A stretch of DNA of 64,000 nt from Lepidodermella squamata (Eukaryota; Animalia; Gastrotricha). Location: NCBI GenBank assembly GCA_047495785.1, contig JBLDXI010000015.1, positions 2,852,001 to 2,916,000 of the forward strand. Direction: 5' to 3'. Shown here piece by piece: positions 62,961 to 64,000 of the stretch. The stretch's first letter is position 1; every line of letters begins with the position of its first letter. Under the pieces are notes generated by a model. The model was not told where the DNA came from and ran no database searches. It saw only the letters and a list, made by a program, of their open reading frames with translations. Position numbers and translations under genes: made by a program.

Positions 62961-63829
62961 CGGAAAACATGTAGATTCAGGCGTACCGTCACCCACGTTC
63001 CAATCATCATCCATATAACTTATATTCGGAAAAGATGGTTAGCACTTGAAAAAACACCTGCCAACAATATGCTTTCGCATGGCATTTCATTGTTATAACA
63101 GTTGACTTTTGTTTTTTACTCGGTTTCTTACCAGCGCTTCTGTTATGCGTCTTAAGTTCAGTCCCTTTACTGAAAGCACCGAATAACTAATGGTGGGTGC
63201 GAAATATCTGATGTCCCAGTCGCATCCAGCTTCCGAACGATCGTAAGATGAAGTGCTGAGTCCGAATCACAATGATTATGTCTGAAGCTGCCAGTTTTTT
63301 GTTTGATTCGTTGATTCTGTTACTGCTTTTTACATGCTTTTTTACACAGCAGGCCTAATCAACACTGGCTAGTTTTACCGTAGCAGCATAATTTGCATAA
63401 TTTGAGCGTGTAATTTTCATTTACACGCTCAAACAATGTTTGCAAGAAAACTAGCTAAAATGTATGCAAATCATCAAGAAAATTGCATAATTTATGCAAA
63501 TTAATAAGATAATTTGTTTAATTTATGCAAATTAGGAGAAAAATGACATAAACGGGCAGAATACTTTTACATTTTCGACCGCACTAATTTCATTTTTTCC
63601 CTTTCCGCGTGAACCTAGCAATTTATGATTTCATGTGATCAGATTCTATCCATTTTGAAGAAGCGCAAGCAAAAATTCGGAAGATGCCGTTACGGCTGGC
63701 ACCTCCGCTGCAGCCACAGCGCCAAATGTTTGCATGTTTGTCAAACAAAATCGCCACCCCGAGTGATTTTGTTTGAAGTCATTTTCAACAAACTTCACAA
63801 ACATTTTCTTTCAAACACGACTATTTAGA

Positions 63830-63993
63830 CGGACAAACATGTTTGAAAGCCTTGTTGGTCTTAACAATGTTTGAATAAAAAGTTGGAACGTGTAAATGCA
63901 ATGTTTGATCAAACAGTGTTTGAAGCCGTTGTTTGACAAACAATGTTTGAAGTCGATGTTTGGCAAACTTGTTTGCCCGTTTATCCGAGCCTT
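63830..63993. repeat. AATGTTTGA/CAAACA-rich repeats, probable MITE end
   Basis: Repeated short inverted units ending TTTGCCCGTTTATCCGAGCC-TTAA. Confidence 0.45.
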
Positions 63994-64000
63994 AAAACTA

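Overview
AT-rich eukaryotic, almost certainly invertebrate animal, genomic DNA with many ~50-nt GT-AG introns. The left 28 kb is mostly small paralog sets: two pseudokinase/beta-strand-rich genes, an ankyrin-repeat gene, two orphan genes with a PH-like N-terminus, two divergent Ly6/three-finger-like genes flanking a tRNA-Gly/tRNA-Arg pair, three KRRL-motif orphan paralogs (one pseudogenised), and a CYP3-clan P450. From 28.4 to 60.0 kb lies one 20-exon, ~4,077-aa large lipid transfer protein (apolipophorin/vitellogenin superfamily) gene. Its introns hold 20 tRNA genes and 2 U2 snRNA genes in duplicated, permuted and inverted cassettes, plus a Penelope fragment with a variant minimal hammerhead ribozyme, Mutator and mariner relics, several MITEs and a (TTAGGG)7 run. 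The right end carries a papain-family protease gene with almost no propeptide and an unusual C-terminal extension. All gene models and alignments were made by eye; no database searches were run.
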